61,162 bases of DNA from Catajapyx aquilonaris (taxonomy: Eukaryota): positions 62,001 through 123,162 of the forward strand of contig KZ538110.1 in the NCBI GenBank assembly GCA_000934665.2, in the 5' to 3' direction. The notes under the pieces are model-generated. The model did not search any database. It had not been told where the DNA came from and worked only from the letters and a program-made list of their open reading frames with translations. This document shows positions 13,282 to 24,335 of the stretch, one piece after another. The position numbers and the translations under genes are program-made. The stretch's first letter is position 1; each line of letters begins with the position of its first letter.

Positions 13282-16200
13282 TCACATCCTCTCGTCACTC
13301 AGTTCCATAAACTGTGCCGAAACATCTCGAGTGCAGTCTCCTTTGTTGTTAAAAAGAAATTTGTAATAGCTCCCATCTGCACAAACAACTGTAAAAAGAG
13401 CACGAAATTAGGTAAGACAATCAAATTATGCTGTAAAGAATACAAATATATGCATCAAAGAGATAGAGGCAAAATGAGACATGCATGACACACATCATTA
13501 CATGATGATCTGCACGCAACACATTGATTGAATATTGCTTGGTATGGTAGGTGGGGTGCCTGGCCCACAATTCAATGTCCATAATATCTGACCCCATGGC
13601 TTGATAAGTTCCCTTCACATTAGCTGCATCATTAGTGATGTAGTTTTTCAATTGCATCTAATGCAGTGGTTTCCAACCTGGGGGTCGCAAGCCTTGGTTC
13701 AACTTTTGTTTTGTAATTTCTGTGTTAATTGAACCATTTTTTCGGCCGTACAAAGTGTATGTTTTCTGGAAAATGGGTAGTGGTAGATGGGGTCGGGGGA
13801 GGGGAAGAGGGGGGGGGGGNNGGGGGGGGGGGGTGTCGCACACTTATGGAAACATGTTTAAGGGGTCGCAGTTGGTAAAAGGTTGGAAACCACTGATTAA
13901 TGAGGGATGACCTTATGTGAACTTAAATGCACAAAATCAAGTCAAATCTAAAAATCTAACAAACTTCATAAAAATATGAAAGACCCTGGACAGGTTAAAG
14001 GGCAACATTTCTCATTGAAATTGTGTTGGCAAGAGAGTTAGAAATTCATTAAGTTTTGTTTAACCCTTTATCTCCGCCATAAGGAATTTCACGCGGTTGG
14101 GGTTATATTACATTTAAAACCCATGCCTTGTCATCAGCCACATCTTGATGAGTCAGCCGTCTTTTTTCCCTCACCGCCAAGGTCACCAAAGCCAACCTTT
14201 TAACCAGAGCTAGCTATTGACAATTGGCCATGGGGCGACATTTATTACATTTTTTCAGGGCGACACGGTGGTGTAGTGGTTAGTGCATCAGCCTTCCACC
14301 TCTGAGGTCCCGAGTTCGATCCCCGGACCGGACAGAGGATACTTATGTGGATCGAGTTTTGATGGGTTCTCTCCATGTTCGCATGGGTTTTCTCAGGGCA
14401 CTCCCGTTTCCTCCCACGTAAAAATCCATCACATTACAGGTAAATGATTAAAGTCGGTGAATTAAAAGATGATTCCCTAAAAGGCCAAGGAGGCCTATCG
14501 TGGAGTATCCATGATTACAACCCTGCAGAAAAAGTATTGGCCCACCTAAAATATGTGGTGGTGGGGTGAAGAAAACGAGGTCATAAAATGTGACCCATGC
14601 AACTGGGAATGTTGCTATAAAATACCATGTCGCAAAATGGGTTAAGGTATCCATGTCTAAAATACCAGATCATTTCTGCATGAAAATCACGAAAAATTGG
14701 CCCATTACACTTTCCGACTGACTGCAAAAAAGTTGGCCCAGAGCGCTACCCATGTCAAAAAAGTTGGCCCGGGTTAAATAGTAATTACCTGAGATAGCAC
14801 CAGATTATGTCATAGGTGTGTCATATTGCATCAACACTCAGAGGTAAGTATAAAAAGGGTGATGTGGGTGGCTCAAGAAATCAGATATGAAGATGGGACA
14901 TGGTAAAGAGGTATAGGAGAAGGTGTCCGCCAACTCAGCCTCAAGGCGCATCAAGACGGAAGATCCGGTCACACCATGGCCAAAGATCTCCATCTGCCCA
15001 GGTCAACAGTGAGGAATATTGTTCGTCGATACAAGGAGTCAAGGTCAAACACTCCAAAGAGACGATTAGGCCGTCCTCGCAGTACCACCTCTCAAGATGA
15101 CCGTGCATTGCAGAGGATAATTCGAGAGGACCGCAGAAGTGACCAGAGCTGGTCACAACGAATGGGCAAAGCAGTGTCTGCGGCCACTTGCTCACGGCGG
15201 ATGCACAAGATGGGATATGGCTTTCGAAAGGTACACTCAGTTGTCACTGGAGTTAGTTGTTATCATGGACACTCGCCGAAGCCGAAGCCCAAACCATTAC
15301 TGACTGCACTTCAGATGAAGAAACGACTCAAGTGAGTCCAAAGGCAATGGGACTGCATAATATTCAGTGATGAAAGTAAGTGTGAGCTGACAGTGGGCGA
15401 TGCAAGAAAAGCACGAGTCATTCGGAGGCGTGGTGAGGAATTTCACCAGGTGTGTTTGGCTCTTACCGTCAAGTTCCCATCCAGTATATCATGGTCTGGG
15501 GATGCATTGGGAGGAGAGGACCAGGCAAGCTGCATCTCGTCTGAGGAACCATCAACGCTGTACCTATCAGGCCATCCTGAATGACAACCTCCTACCATCC
15601 ATACCTCTCCTCCACCCCGACGAGGAGTACATATTTCAACAAGATGGCGCCTCCTGCCATACAGACAAAACTACCCGAAGTTGGTTGGAGCATCATGATG
15701 TGCCACTTCTTCCTGACTGGCCGCCGAATAGCCCTGACCTCAACCTCATCGAGGGCATTTGGAGGAAGATGAAGAAACACCTTCGTCAATCACGACCTCG
15801 TTCGGTAGATGCCCTGAAGGCCAAGCTGACGGAGTGTGGAACAAGATCACCCCAGAAGAATGTGCTGATCTTTACATGTCCATGAAGGACCGCATTGAAG
15901 CTGTCATTAAAGCGAAAGGTGGCGCCACACGATTCTAAAAGACCTGGGCCAACTATTTTGTCATGAGTAGCGCAGTGGTCCAAGTATTTTGCAGCTGCGC
16001 GCACATTTTCATTGTCATATGTTTTGTTTCTCTCATGACGTAATAAAATGATGTTGGGCATATGGACAGCTTCTTCTCTTCACATGACATGTAGTGAGTT
16101 TGGTTATCCCTTGATGTATAGGAACCTTTTTAAGGCTTCATTTCATCTCCCAGTCGGACAGGTTTTCCTGGTGGGCCAATACTTTTGATGCAGGGTTGTA

Positions 16201-19200
16201 TTATTGCATTTTTTCATTAATTCTTCCAATGAATCAGCGGTAACTTGCCAAATGCAAAGTCCAGAAATGTTACATCCGTGTTTCATAGTCGTTCGCTATC
16301 GGCCCAATGAGCGTAAAGAAATTCATGATCATTCATTTCAGTTTAGGAAGTAAATCGCGAAATTTAGAAATTCTGCCAATAACTTAATTGTTGCTATCTA
16401 TATCAAAGATGGCTGACATGTCATTGGGCTTTTGCTAATTAGGTACTTTGTAATGCATTGTTTTTCACCATAGTGCAACTAAATGATGCCAATAATTACT
16501 AGCTTCACCTCTAAATCGTTTTCATGGGTTATTTTAGCGTAAGAAAGGAAATATTTAAGGCAACGCTACATAGTATCGGACACGACTGAAGGCAACCGTA
16601 ACCCGATCCTCAGCCTCTTTTTTTACCATCTCATCGCTGGACCTCAACATGTCAAACTTGTGCAATGTATAGAAAGAGGACCTGAGTCATGCACGCGAAC
16701 AGTTTTTCACCCCATATAAGCATTGTTGCACTTCTAAGAGCTAGATAATGGCGTGAAATTCAATTTGTTTTGAATTTTTTTCGCGTCAACAGTTTACAAC
16801 CAAGTCATTGACTTAAAAATATCAAATATTCATCAGATGAAGCTTATATTATAACAATTCTGACATCTCAAGCATTAACATCGTGACCTTGACACTCGAG
16901 GTATAGCGATTTTTTCATTAGCCTGAATTTCAGGATAGCGGGAGCATGTGTGATGCCTAGTAATTCTTCCACCTCCTTCAGGGTAGCTAGAGTGGCACAG
17001 CCTAACAACCTTTATTACTCACCTATCACTGAATTTCTATCTGCACCAAAGGCACACATGCACTGTGGTCCCCCTGGGACATCAAACTTGCTGAAACTCC
17101 ATTTGGAACTGAAGTATTTTGGCAAAAATGTAGCAGATGCCAACCTGTAATCATAACACACATCAACAACATTTGCATTGTCAACTCATATGTTACACTG
17201 ACTCACGTGGATTGCTTGTTTTTTCTCTCATCATCTTCCACTGCAAAAATGTGCACAGTTCCATGATCACTGGATACACAAAGCAAAGTGGAGTCTTGAT
17301 TAAAGTTGATGCTGAAAATAAATGAACTTCAGTATCACAGTATTCCCAATTCTTTGTAATGAATGGTGAGCAAGTCTGTCCTCAATAGATGGGTAGGTTG
17401 ATTCTTCTGCCAATAAAAGTGGAATGTGTCCCAGTCTATTTTTAGAATGAAGATACCATAATCAATGTTCACAGATATAACATAAGCAAGGGATATGTTT
17501 TGACATGGCCTCCACAAGGGAATGTACTGAAGTAATTCACAGACTGATTTGAAATTCCCGTAAGTGATAAATTAAGTAGCAAAAGCAGGTTGTGAAGTGC
17601 TTTAGATCAGTTTTCTCGTTGCAGGCTGAAAAGGTATGGATTTTCCATTTAGAAAGTCCTTAACCACCACAGAAGTAAAATGCACCATTAGAATGAGTGC
17701 AATTTAGAAAGCCAGCAATTCAGAAAGCTGGTTTCAGATGGATCATTTTTGGTGTGCCAGGGACTTTTGCAGCAATTATAGAGGTTTTCTGTAGAAAAGT
17801 GTGTGCATGTGGATTCTGTGTTGCTTTTTCCCTTCTTCCTTGTTATACAAAAATAAAAATTTGCTAACTTTGAAATGTGGCACAATTATTAGACCCACAA
17901 AAAATATGTGCATGTGTCAAAATGTGGGATGACTTGAATATGTTGCCCAAGTCAGAAGCACAGCCTGGAATCACACTGCTCATGGATCACTATGTTGTTA
18001 ACCAATGTTCCTATGACACTTGTGCCATTGCCTCTTTGTGACTTGGCATCTTTCCCCACGATTTCTGCACCTGTGACTGGTTAAGAAAGGCAGCACTAGC
18101 ATGACTATCACTGCATCCTTTTCAATGCCAGTGCCTCACATCTAAACTTTAAGCCTAATGCATCCCTTACAAATGTCCCCCTGAACACAACATTGGCACA
18201 TGTGGATTATCCTACTAACTGGTAATCATTTGAGCTATTTGTCCCACCCATTGATGTCCATGCAGAAAGGAAGTGCTTTATTAGCCCCTGATAACGAACT
18301 TGTGAGTGTCAGCAATGACCGTACTAACCTTCATGCATGTTTGGTTTCATCTGTCATTCCTCATCTGATTAGTCTATGATTGAAGTGGTAAATTTATTTT
18401 GCAAAGCAATTGCAACTTTTTAATTACTTTCTTATTTTTATGTCATCAGTATTGTTCTTCAAACTTAATAATGATTAGCAATCCAAGTGTGTCTCCTTTC
18501 TCAAACCAACATTTTATCAATCGGTTTCACTAAATTAAACGCTACATTCCACAAGTGTAGAAAGGTCAAAAGTTGGCTCAGCCTGCACGATCACATGCTC
18601 TCATTAACTGCCAAATCTGGCTTTAGGACAGTGACAAAGTCCAATCTGCAATGCAATGATTCCTTCTGTTTTTCATTCTGCCATGCAATGGCACTAAAAA
18701 CAAGGCCAGTGTCAGTGAGTTACCTTTGACCCTCCAGAGATGAAGGAAGATCCCCAAAATATAATATTTCATTTTAAAACCAACACTTCCTTCAAAAGTG
18801 ATCTTTTGCATATTCCAGAAACGGTCATTTTATCATAATCTGAGCAGGTACAATACAATGAATAATGCAATGACTCAGCCACACTGATACAAGAAGATGG
18901 ACAAGGTTACAGATACGCCACAACCAGCTCTCACCAATATATTTGAGCTGTGTTTGCTCCTCGCCGCAGCTCGTTCAGCATCTTGCCTGTACCAGTGTCA
19001 AATATCCTTATTAAGGTGCCCTGCAACACAAGAAAATTAATCATGGTTCATAAAAGCAATCAGGGTCTTCAAACCTTTTCTGATGCTGTGGCCAACTTGG
19101 TCCCTTGAGAATTCAAGGCTATACAACTGAGAGCTGCTTCATGAGCTGAAACATCCACTGGTGGCTTTTCTGTGTCAGCCAAGTCAACAATTTGCACATG

Positions 19201-22200
19201 TCCAACTTTGCGGCCTGGAAAGGCTAGGAGGGAATTGCTGCTGTTTGGACAGAGTACGCACAAGCCTGAAAAAGAAACAAATTTTAAAAAAGCAATTAAA
19301 ACTACTGCAAACAAGTTTTGATACTGAAATTATTACCTTTTGGATTTGAACTTGTCTCAAACACATGCAATTGCTGAGGATATTGCGTAAATGTGTACAC
19401 CTTAATCATGGTGTCTAGGACCACAACAATCCTGTCTCTTCGTAAACGCACACCTTTCACAGGCCCTGAGAATTCGAGCTCTATAACTGGTTTCTTTTTC
19501 AGGTCATCCCACACCATAACTGAAAGGAACTCTTATATATTATCTTTTCCGTCTGTAATAGTATTATGTATTATCAAGGTATTATAAAACTAGGAGTTAC
19601 ATTGTTTTATCAAATGAAAATGACAATGTTGCCAAACACATTTTAAAACCAGCCGTATTGGATGCTGCTCGAGAGGGACAGTTGTGGACTCACATGACAC
19701 TCATAACTTCAGGCAATTTGTCAATAGATGGAGGGGGGATCAGACATCATCTGTGTCTAGATGGCAGACTTCAGTAATGCTCCACGGAGGAGCAAAGGCT
19801 CATATGAACAAAAGAATAATGCAATAATTTGTACAAGTACTCCCCATTTGCAATGGTGTTTGACAGTAAAAGCTATGGGTTCGTGTGGTACTCATAACTT
19901 CAGAGAATTTGTCAATTGCTGAAGTGCGGGTCACACAGCATCATCTGTTTCAAGATGATGGAGCCCTTTCAGACATTCACCAGAGGAGAAGGGCATTATT
20001 CAGTTTTGTGCATAGCAGGAACACAAAGCAACAAAATATAGCAGAGAATGCACAAACAATATGGATTGGCCATGTTCCTCTCAATCACATGGCTACAAGT
20101 GCTGTAAAAAATTCCAGTTATAACAGCTCGATTTGACTGACCTACAGCGGCACATCTGTCAGAATACTTTCATCATTCTGGAATATTTTACTCCACTTGT
20201 AGACAAGTGACTGCAAGGCACATGGAAGATTTGTATGATGCCTTCACTTGCTGATACATTTTGAGGGTTTTTGATCATTCTATGCCCAAAATAGAATAAC
20301 AGCTCTCTTCTCCTTGATGCACACCAGAAGGAGCATGCCACCATCTCTGAACAGGTATTGTATGACTGAAGCTCCACTTATCAACAAACTGCTTGCACTT
20401 ATGAGCCTCATATGATTGCTCAACTATCCCTCTTAAACAGCATCCCAAATCCCACGCAAATAAATAAATAATTTCACTTTTCTCATTTTCATTTGATCAT
20501 CCACTCTTGTTTTTTGGTTCCCCCCTCAAAAATCAGATAATAATCATACCTTTGTTTGGTGGATATTTAGGATGAAGCCCACCTCCAACCAGGGCTAGAT
20601 AATTGCAGCGAAAGAGCATTTCCACATAACCTAACCCTCCATCTGCAAAATCATGTCTTTCCTTCTCTTTTAATGGATCAGAGTTGTAAATTCGAAATCC
20701 ATTTTCCATTCCACATGCAAAGCAACCTGAAATATTTTAACCTGAATTAGAATCATCAGTGAGAGTTAACCCTTAACTACGTAGGTGGAGCCTGAGAGGC
20801 TCCAAGCACTATTTAAACGGATGTAACTTTTTAATTGAATTTTATTTTCCCCTGTCCTTCCGTGACTTTGTCAGAAAAACCTTCCTAAGCATGAAAAGGA
20901 AAGAAGAAAAATTTTAGTCCCTATTCTTTGGTTTAAAAAAATTCGTAACGAGGAACAGGTCCCTCCTGGAACCGCTCAGGCTCTATATCTCAGGTGAAGC
21001 CTGAGCGGCTCAAACACATGATGTAACCTTTTAATTAAAAATTTTTCCCTGTCGGAATATGCTGACTAAGCGTGTGATTTTTACGTTTTCGGAAGCCTAA
21101 TGATCTGAACTGCACTTTCTGTATGTGAAAAGTCCAATATAACAATTTAGTTGATAAGCAGAAATTTAAATATACCGTTGGAGCCTCTCAGGCTCCACCT
21201 ACGTAGTTAAAGGTGTTTCACCCACCTACGTAGTTAAGGGTTAAAGTTGATATAAGATAGCGTACATGTACAAAAGCACAAAATCACAACAAGTTGCCCA
21301 TTGGATAGCAAATCAGATACAGTAAAACAGGGTGAATAGGGTCAAAAAGTGACAAAAAATGTTTGTTGGTATCTTTCTGAAACACCCTGTATATGGCAAA
21401 AAGTGGAGGTGAGAAGGTACCAGTGTGATATACAGTAGAACCCCGATTTTCTGAATCCCTGGTTTATCCAACTGCCCCACTCCAGCAATAAATCTAGGTT
21501 TCCTCATCATAATTTATTATACTGTCATGTACTACACATTTGTTTTGTGTTTCCTTAGTTACTGTAAATACAGTACAATACAGTGTGTATGTAAAAGATA
21601 AGTAGCCCTACTTCCCTCTTAGAAAACCGTAATATTTTACATTATTTCATGTTTTCCTATTTTTTTGTTGTGTTTAGAATTCTCCCAAAGTTACTCTACA
21701 TTTGAGGTACAATAAATAAATAAATACACCATTCTTGTTAAAATTAATTGAGAACAAAATGTGTCAGTTTTATGTGAATCACCCTGTACTAGCAGTATTT
21801 GAAAATTACTGTAGAACCAAGTGAACTTGGCCACAATTCCAAAAATGTCATGAATGAATATTTAAGGGAACACATGTCATAAAAATGACACTTTTAATCC
21901 CGTTATGCCATAATAGCAAATTTTAGCAACCAAATCTAAGCTAACCAAAGTGACGTTATATCTACCCCTGTATGAATGTACAGTACATAGGATGTATGAT
22001 ATTGTCATGATATACAGTAATACCAATATATTAGGCATCACTAACAACAATCAACCTTTGCATCATTCAGCCTGTATGAAAATTTGATGTCTTGCCCTCT
22101 ACCCAACTCAGAAACAAGTTCAGTTCACTCCACCTAAATTGACACTTCTACACGGTTTTCACCCTGAAATTATATAAGGTCGATTTGAAAAGTTTTGCCT

Positions 22201-24335
22201 CCTATGCGATAATTTCATAATATGCAAGTTACTCGCATAAACTGTATGCCTGGTGAAAGGTTGGAATGTCCTCTGTCAGGGGGTTTGATTCCTTTTCCAC
22301 TTAGTCACCATCCCTATCAACATGCATGCTCCAACATCGGACCAGTTGCTACATCCTGTCAGCGAAGAAATCAGGCATCTTCTTCTGGCACCAGCGATAC
22401 ACATCTGCTTGCATCTCCACATCACTGGTGTAATGGGTCCCTTAAGGTGTTCTTCTTTCAGCTTTGTGAAAAGGAAAAAAGTCACAAGGTGAGAGATCCA
22501 GGCTGTATAGTCTCAATCTTACACCATGACAATGCTCGTCCACAAATGAAGGATGCATTGCAGCATCTCAAATGTCCTACAGCCTGGATCTCGCACCTTG
22601 CACTTTTTAATTTTTACGAAGCTGAAAGAACACCTGAAGGGATGCCATTACACCAGTGATGCCGAGGTGCAACCAGATGTGCATCGCTGATGCTGGACGA
22701 AGACTCCTGATATCTTATCCAATGGGATGCAACAGGATGCAACGACTGGTCCGACATTGGCGCATGCGTGTGGATAGGGATGCTGATCAAGTGTAAAAGT
22801 AATGAAACCACCTGGTAGGGGACATTCTAACCTCTCACCAGACCTGCAGTTTATGTGAGTATCTTGCGTATTATTAAAATTACAGTAGAACCACAATTAT
22901 TATCTGTCACCCCCACACGGGACTGGGGCATTGTTGGATAACAGAAAAGGTCAATAATCCGAGGAGCAAAGGAAAACACAACAAAAAGCATTTTCAAAAT
23001 ATGAAATAATGTACAATATTACTCTTTTCTAAGAAATTATTTATCTTTTTGGAAAGCCTATCGTTTATCCGGACCTCGCAACGAGGCGGGGTTGGGAAGG
23101 TGTGGTGGACTCCAAACATGTTGGCTACGTGTTGCAAACAATCGGTTGCCGGGAGAGCACAACAAAGGGCGTCTTCTTACCCAAGGCACCCGATTCTTTG
23201 CGACGCAACGTTGCCAACCGTCGGGAGGCCCCCCGCCCGCCCAACCCCGTTGTTAAGGTACGAATAAACAATAGTGGGGCCGTCCAGACGGGCCGACCTT
23301 AGCCGCGGCTGGTCGAGGCCGCGACGGTTCACACGGCAACGGCCACGGCTCAGAAGTCGGCCAAGTTGGCCGACTTCCTGGAAGTTGGCTCGCTGCTTGG
23401 CCACGGCTTCGCCTCGGCGACGGATACTGCGCGTCACTTGTTTTTCGTCGCTGCCATGACTACCGGCCACTATTACAAATGCGGGTGGCTGTTATTAAAA
23501 TATGTGCCCGTCTGAACGGGTACCGTGGCCAGCCGTGGCTCCGCAAGCCGGTGCCGGTGCCGGTGCCGGCCGCGGCTAAGGTCGGCCCGTCTGGACGGCC
23601 CCAGTTTATCCTAAAATTTAACTAAGGCAATACAAAACAAATGATTAGTAGGCCTGCATTACAATATTTGATGAGAAAACATACATTTATTGCTGGAGCG
23701 GGATGGTCGGATAAACGGGGTTCTTCTGTATTGCATAGGAGGCAAAAAATTTCATATCGACCTCGTATTTGCCCCACTCCTCAGATATGCTAGGGCCACC
23801 CATATAGTTTTCTTCCTAGTAAATAAGTGTGAGCAACATGGTGATGCAGTGGTTATTGCTCCAGCCTTCCACCTGAGGTCCGGAGTTCGATCCCCAGGGA
23901 GTTTACAAGAGTATCTCGTATGAGACCATGGCCCTATCACAAGGCTATGAATTATTATTATTATTCCTTGCAAAGTACAAGTTTCTATCAGCGCAATATT
24001 ATTTGTCACATGACTTGTATTTCTTATGGGAGTGTGTCCGGAATAATATTGTGGCCATAGTTCAAACTAAATCTGTGCATTCATATGCCACCTAGATTTA
24101 CAGGCAGCAAATGCAATATTACCACTGACATCTTGGAACATTGTTTGGCAATATGCCTCCCACATGGCCCACACTTGCCTTTGCAATATTAATCTAATTT
24201 AAGAGGCGCCAATGTGAAATGTAGATACCGGGCACGCCTCCCAGGCCCCCAGGCCTAGCGTATCTCACCTTGATCCTGATTGAAACCCGCATACACCAGA
24301 CCATTTCTGAATGAATTGGACGTCCCGAGATTCAT
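13282..24335 (-). CDS. WDR45B: WD repeat domain phosphoinositide-interacting protein 3 (WIPI3, PROPPIN/Atg18 family), 345 aa
   Basis: Exons 24269-24335, 20550-20726, 19337-19519, 19075-19265, 18935-19020, 17207-17311, 17023-17144, 13282-13388, all with GT-AG borders and matching phases (1038 nt). Protein [45 protein letters not shown]...[17 protein letters not shown]...GTLIRIFDT...ELRRG...[13 protein letters not shown]...[13 protein letters not shown]...FMELSDERM* closely matches WIPI3, including the LRRG phosphoinositide motif. Confidence 0.96.
13664..13895. mobile_element. hAT/Charlie-like MITE with internal poly-G tract
   Basis: TIR CAGTGGTTTCCAACCT / AGGTTGGAAACCACTG, subterminal GGGGTCGCA motifs, imperfect 8-bp TSD. 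Confidence 0.75.
14258..14515 (+). mobile_element. tRNA-derived SINE with V-domain-like core (family A)
   Basis: A box TGGTGTAGTGG, B box GTTCGATCC, core GCATGGGTTTTCTCAGGGCACTCCCGTTTCCTCCCAC. 16-bp TSD TTATT(A/G)CATTTTTTCA at 14242 and 16201, pushed apart by the Tc1 insertion. Confidence 0.85.
14518..16198 (+). mobile_element. Full-length Tc1-family DNA transposon, inactivated (intron 7 of WDR45B)
   Basis: 28-bp TIRs CAACCCTGCAGAAAAAGTATTGGCCCAC / GTGGGCCAATACTTTTGATGCAGGGTTG (2 mismatches), TA flanks at 14516 and 16199, TATAAAA at 14849. Confidence 0.93.
14893..15938 (+). pseudogene. Tc1-like transposase pseudogene (DD35E spacing)
   Basis: Fragments across frames: [58 protein letters not shown]; several stops and frameshifts. 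Confidence 0.9.
20770..21240. mobile_element. piggyBac-like MITE
   Basis: TTAA flanks; TIR CCCTTAACTACGTAGGTGG; internal GAGCCTGAGAGGCTC repeats. Confidence 0.85.
22883..23728. mobile_element. pogo/Tigger-like MITE nested in the mariner right arm
   Basis: CAGTAGAACC... / ...GGTTCTTCTG with TA flanks; the mariner arm resumes at 23731. Confidence 0.7.
23276..23602. mobile_element. GC-rich Harbinger-like MITE
   Basis: Perfect ~33-bp TIR GGGGCCGTCCAGACGGGCCGACCTTAGCCGCGG; 3-bp TSD AGT. Confidence 0.85.
23830..23965 (+). mobile_element. Short tRNA-derived SINE remnant
   Basis: TGGTGATGCAGTGG..GGAGTTCGATCCCC head similar to family A, followed by an (ATT)n tail. Confidence 0.55.

Larger units (their letters stand above)
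22175..23765. mobile_element. Rearranged mariner element (3' end duplicated as long inverted repeats) carrying nested MITEs
   Basis: TIR TAAGGTCGATTTGAAAAGTTTTGCCTCCTATGC / GCATAGGAGGCAAAAAATTTCATATCGACCTCG with TA flanks; both arms encode mariner C-terminal LKEHLKG..YTSD; the centre has ILHHDNARP. Confidence 0.82.

Noticed and set aside
14258..14330. tRNA gene calls for this and the other A/B-box sequences
   Set aside because: They lack complete cloverleaf acceptor stems and continue into SINE bodies with tails and TSDs.
14063..16950. TTAACCCTTT left end suggesting a piggyBac-like MITE enclosing the SINE and Tc1
   Set aside because: No matching right TIR found.
23177..23470. Arg-rich ORFs on both strands
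   Set aside because: A by-product of the GC-rich MITE.
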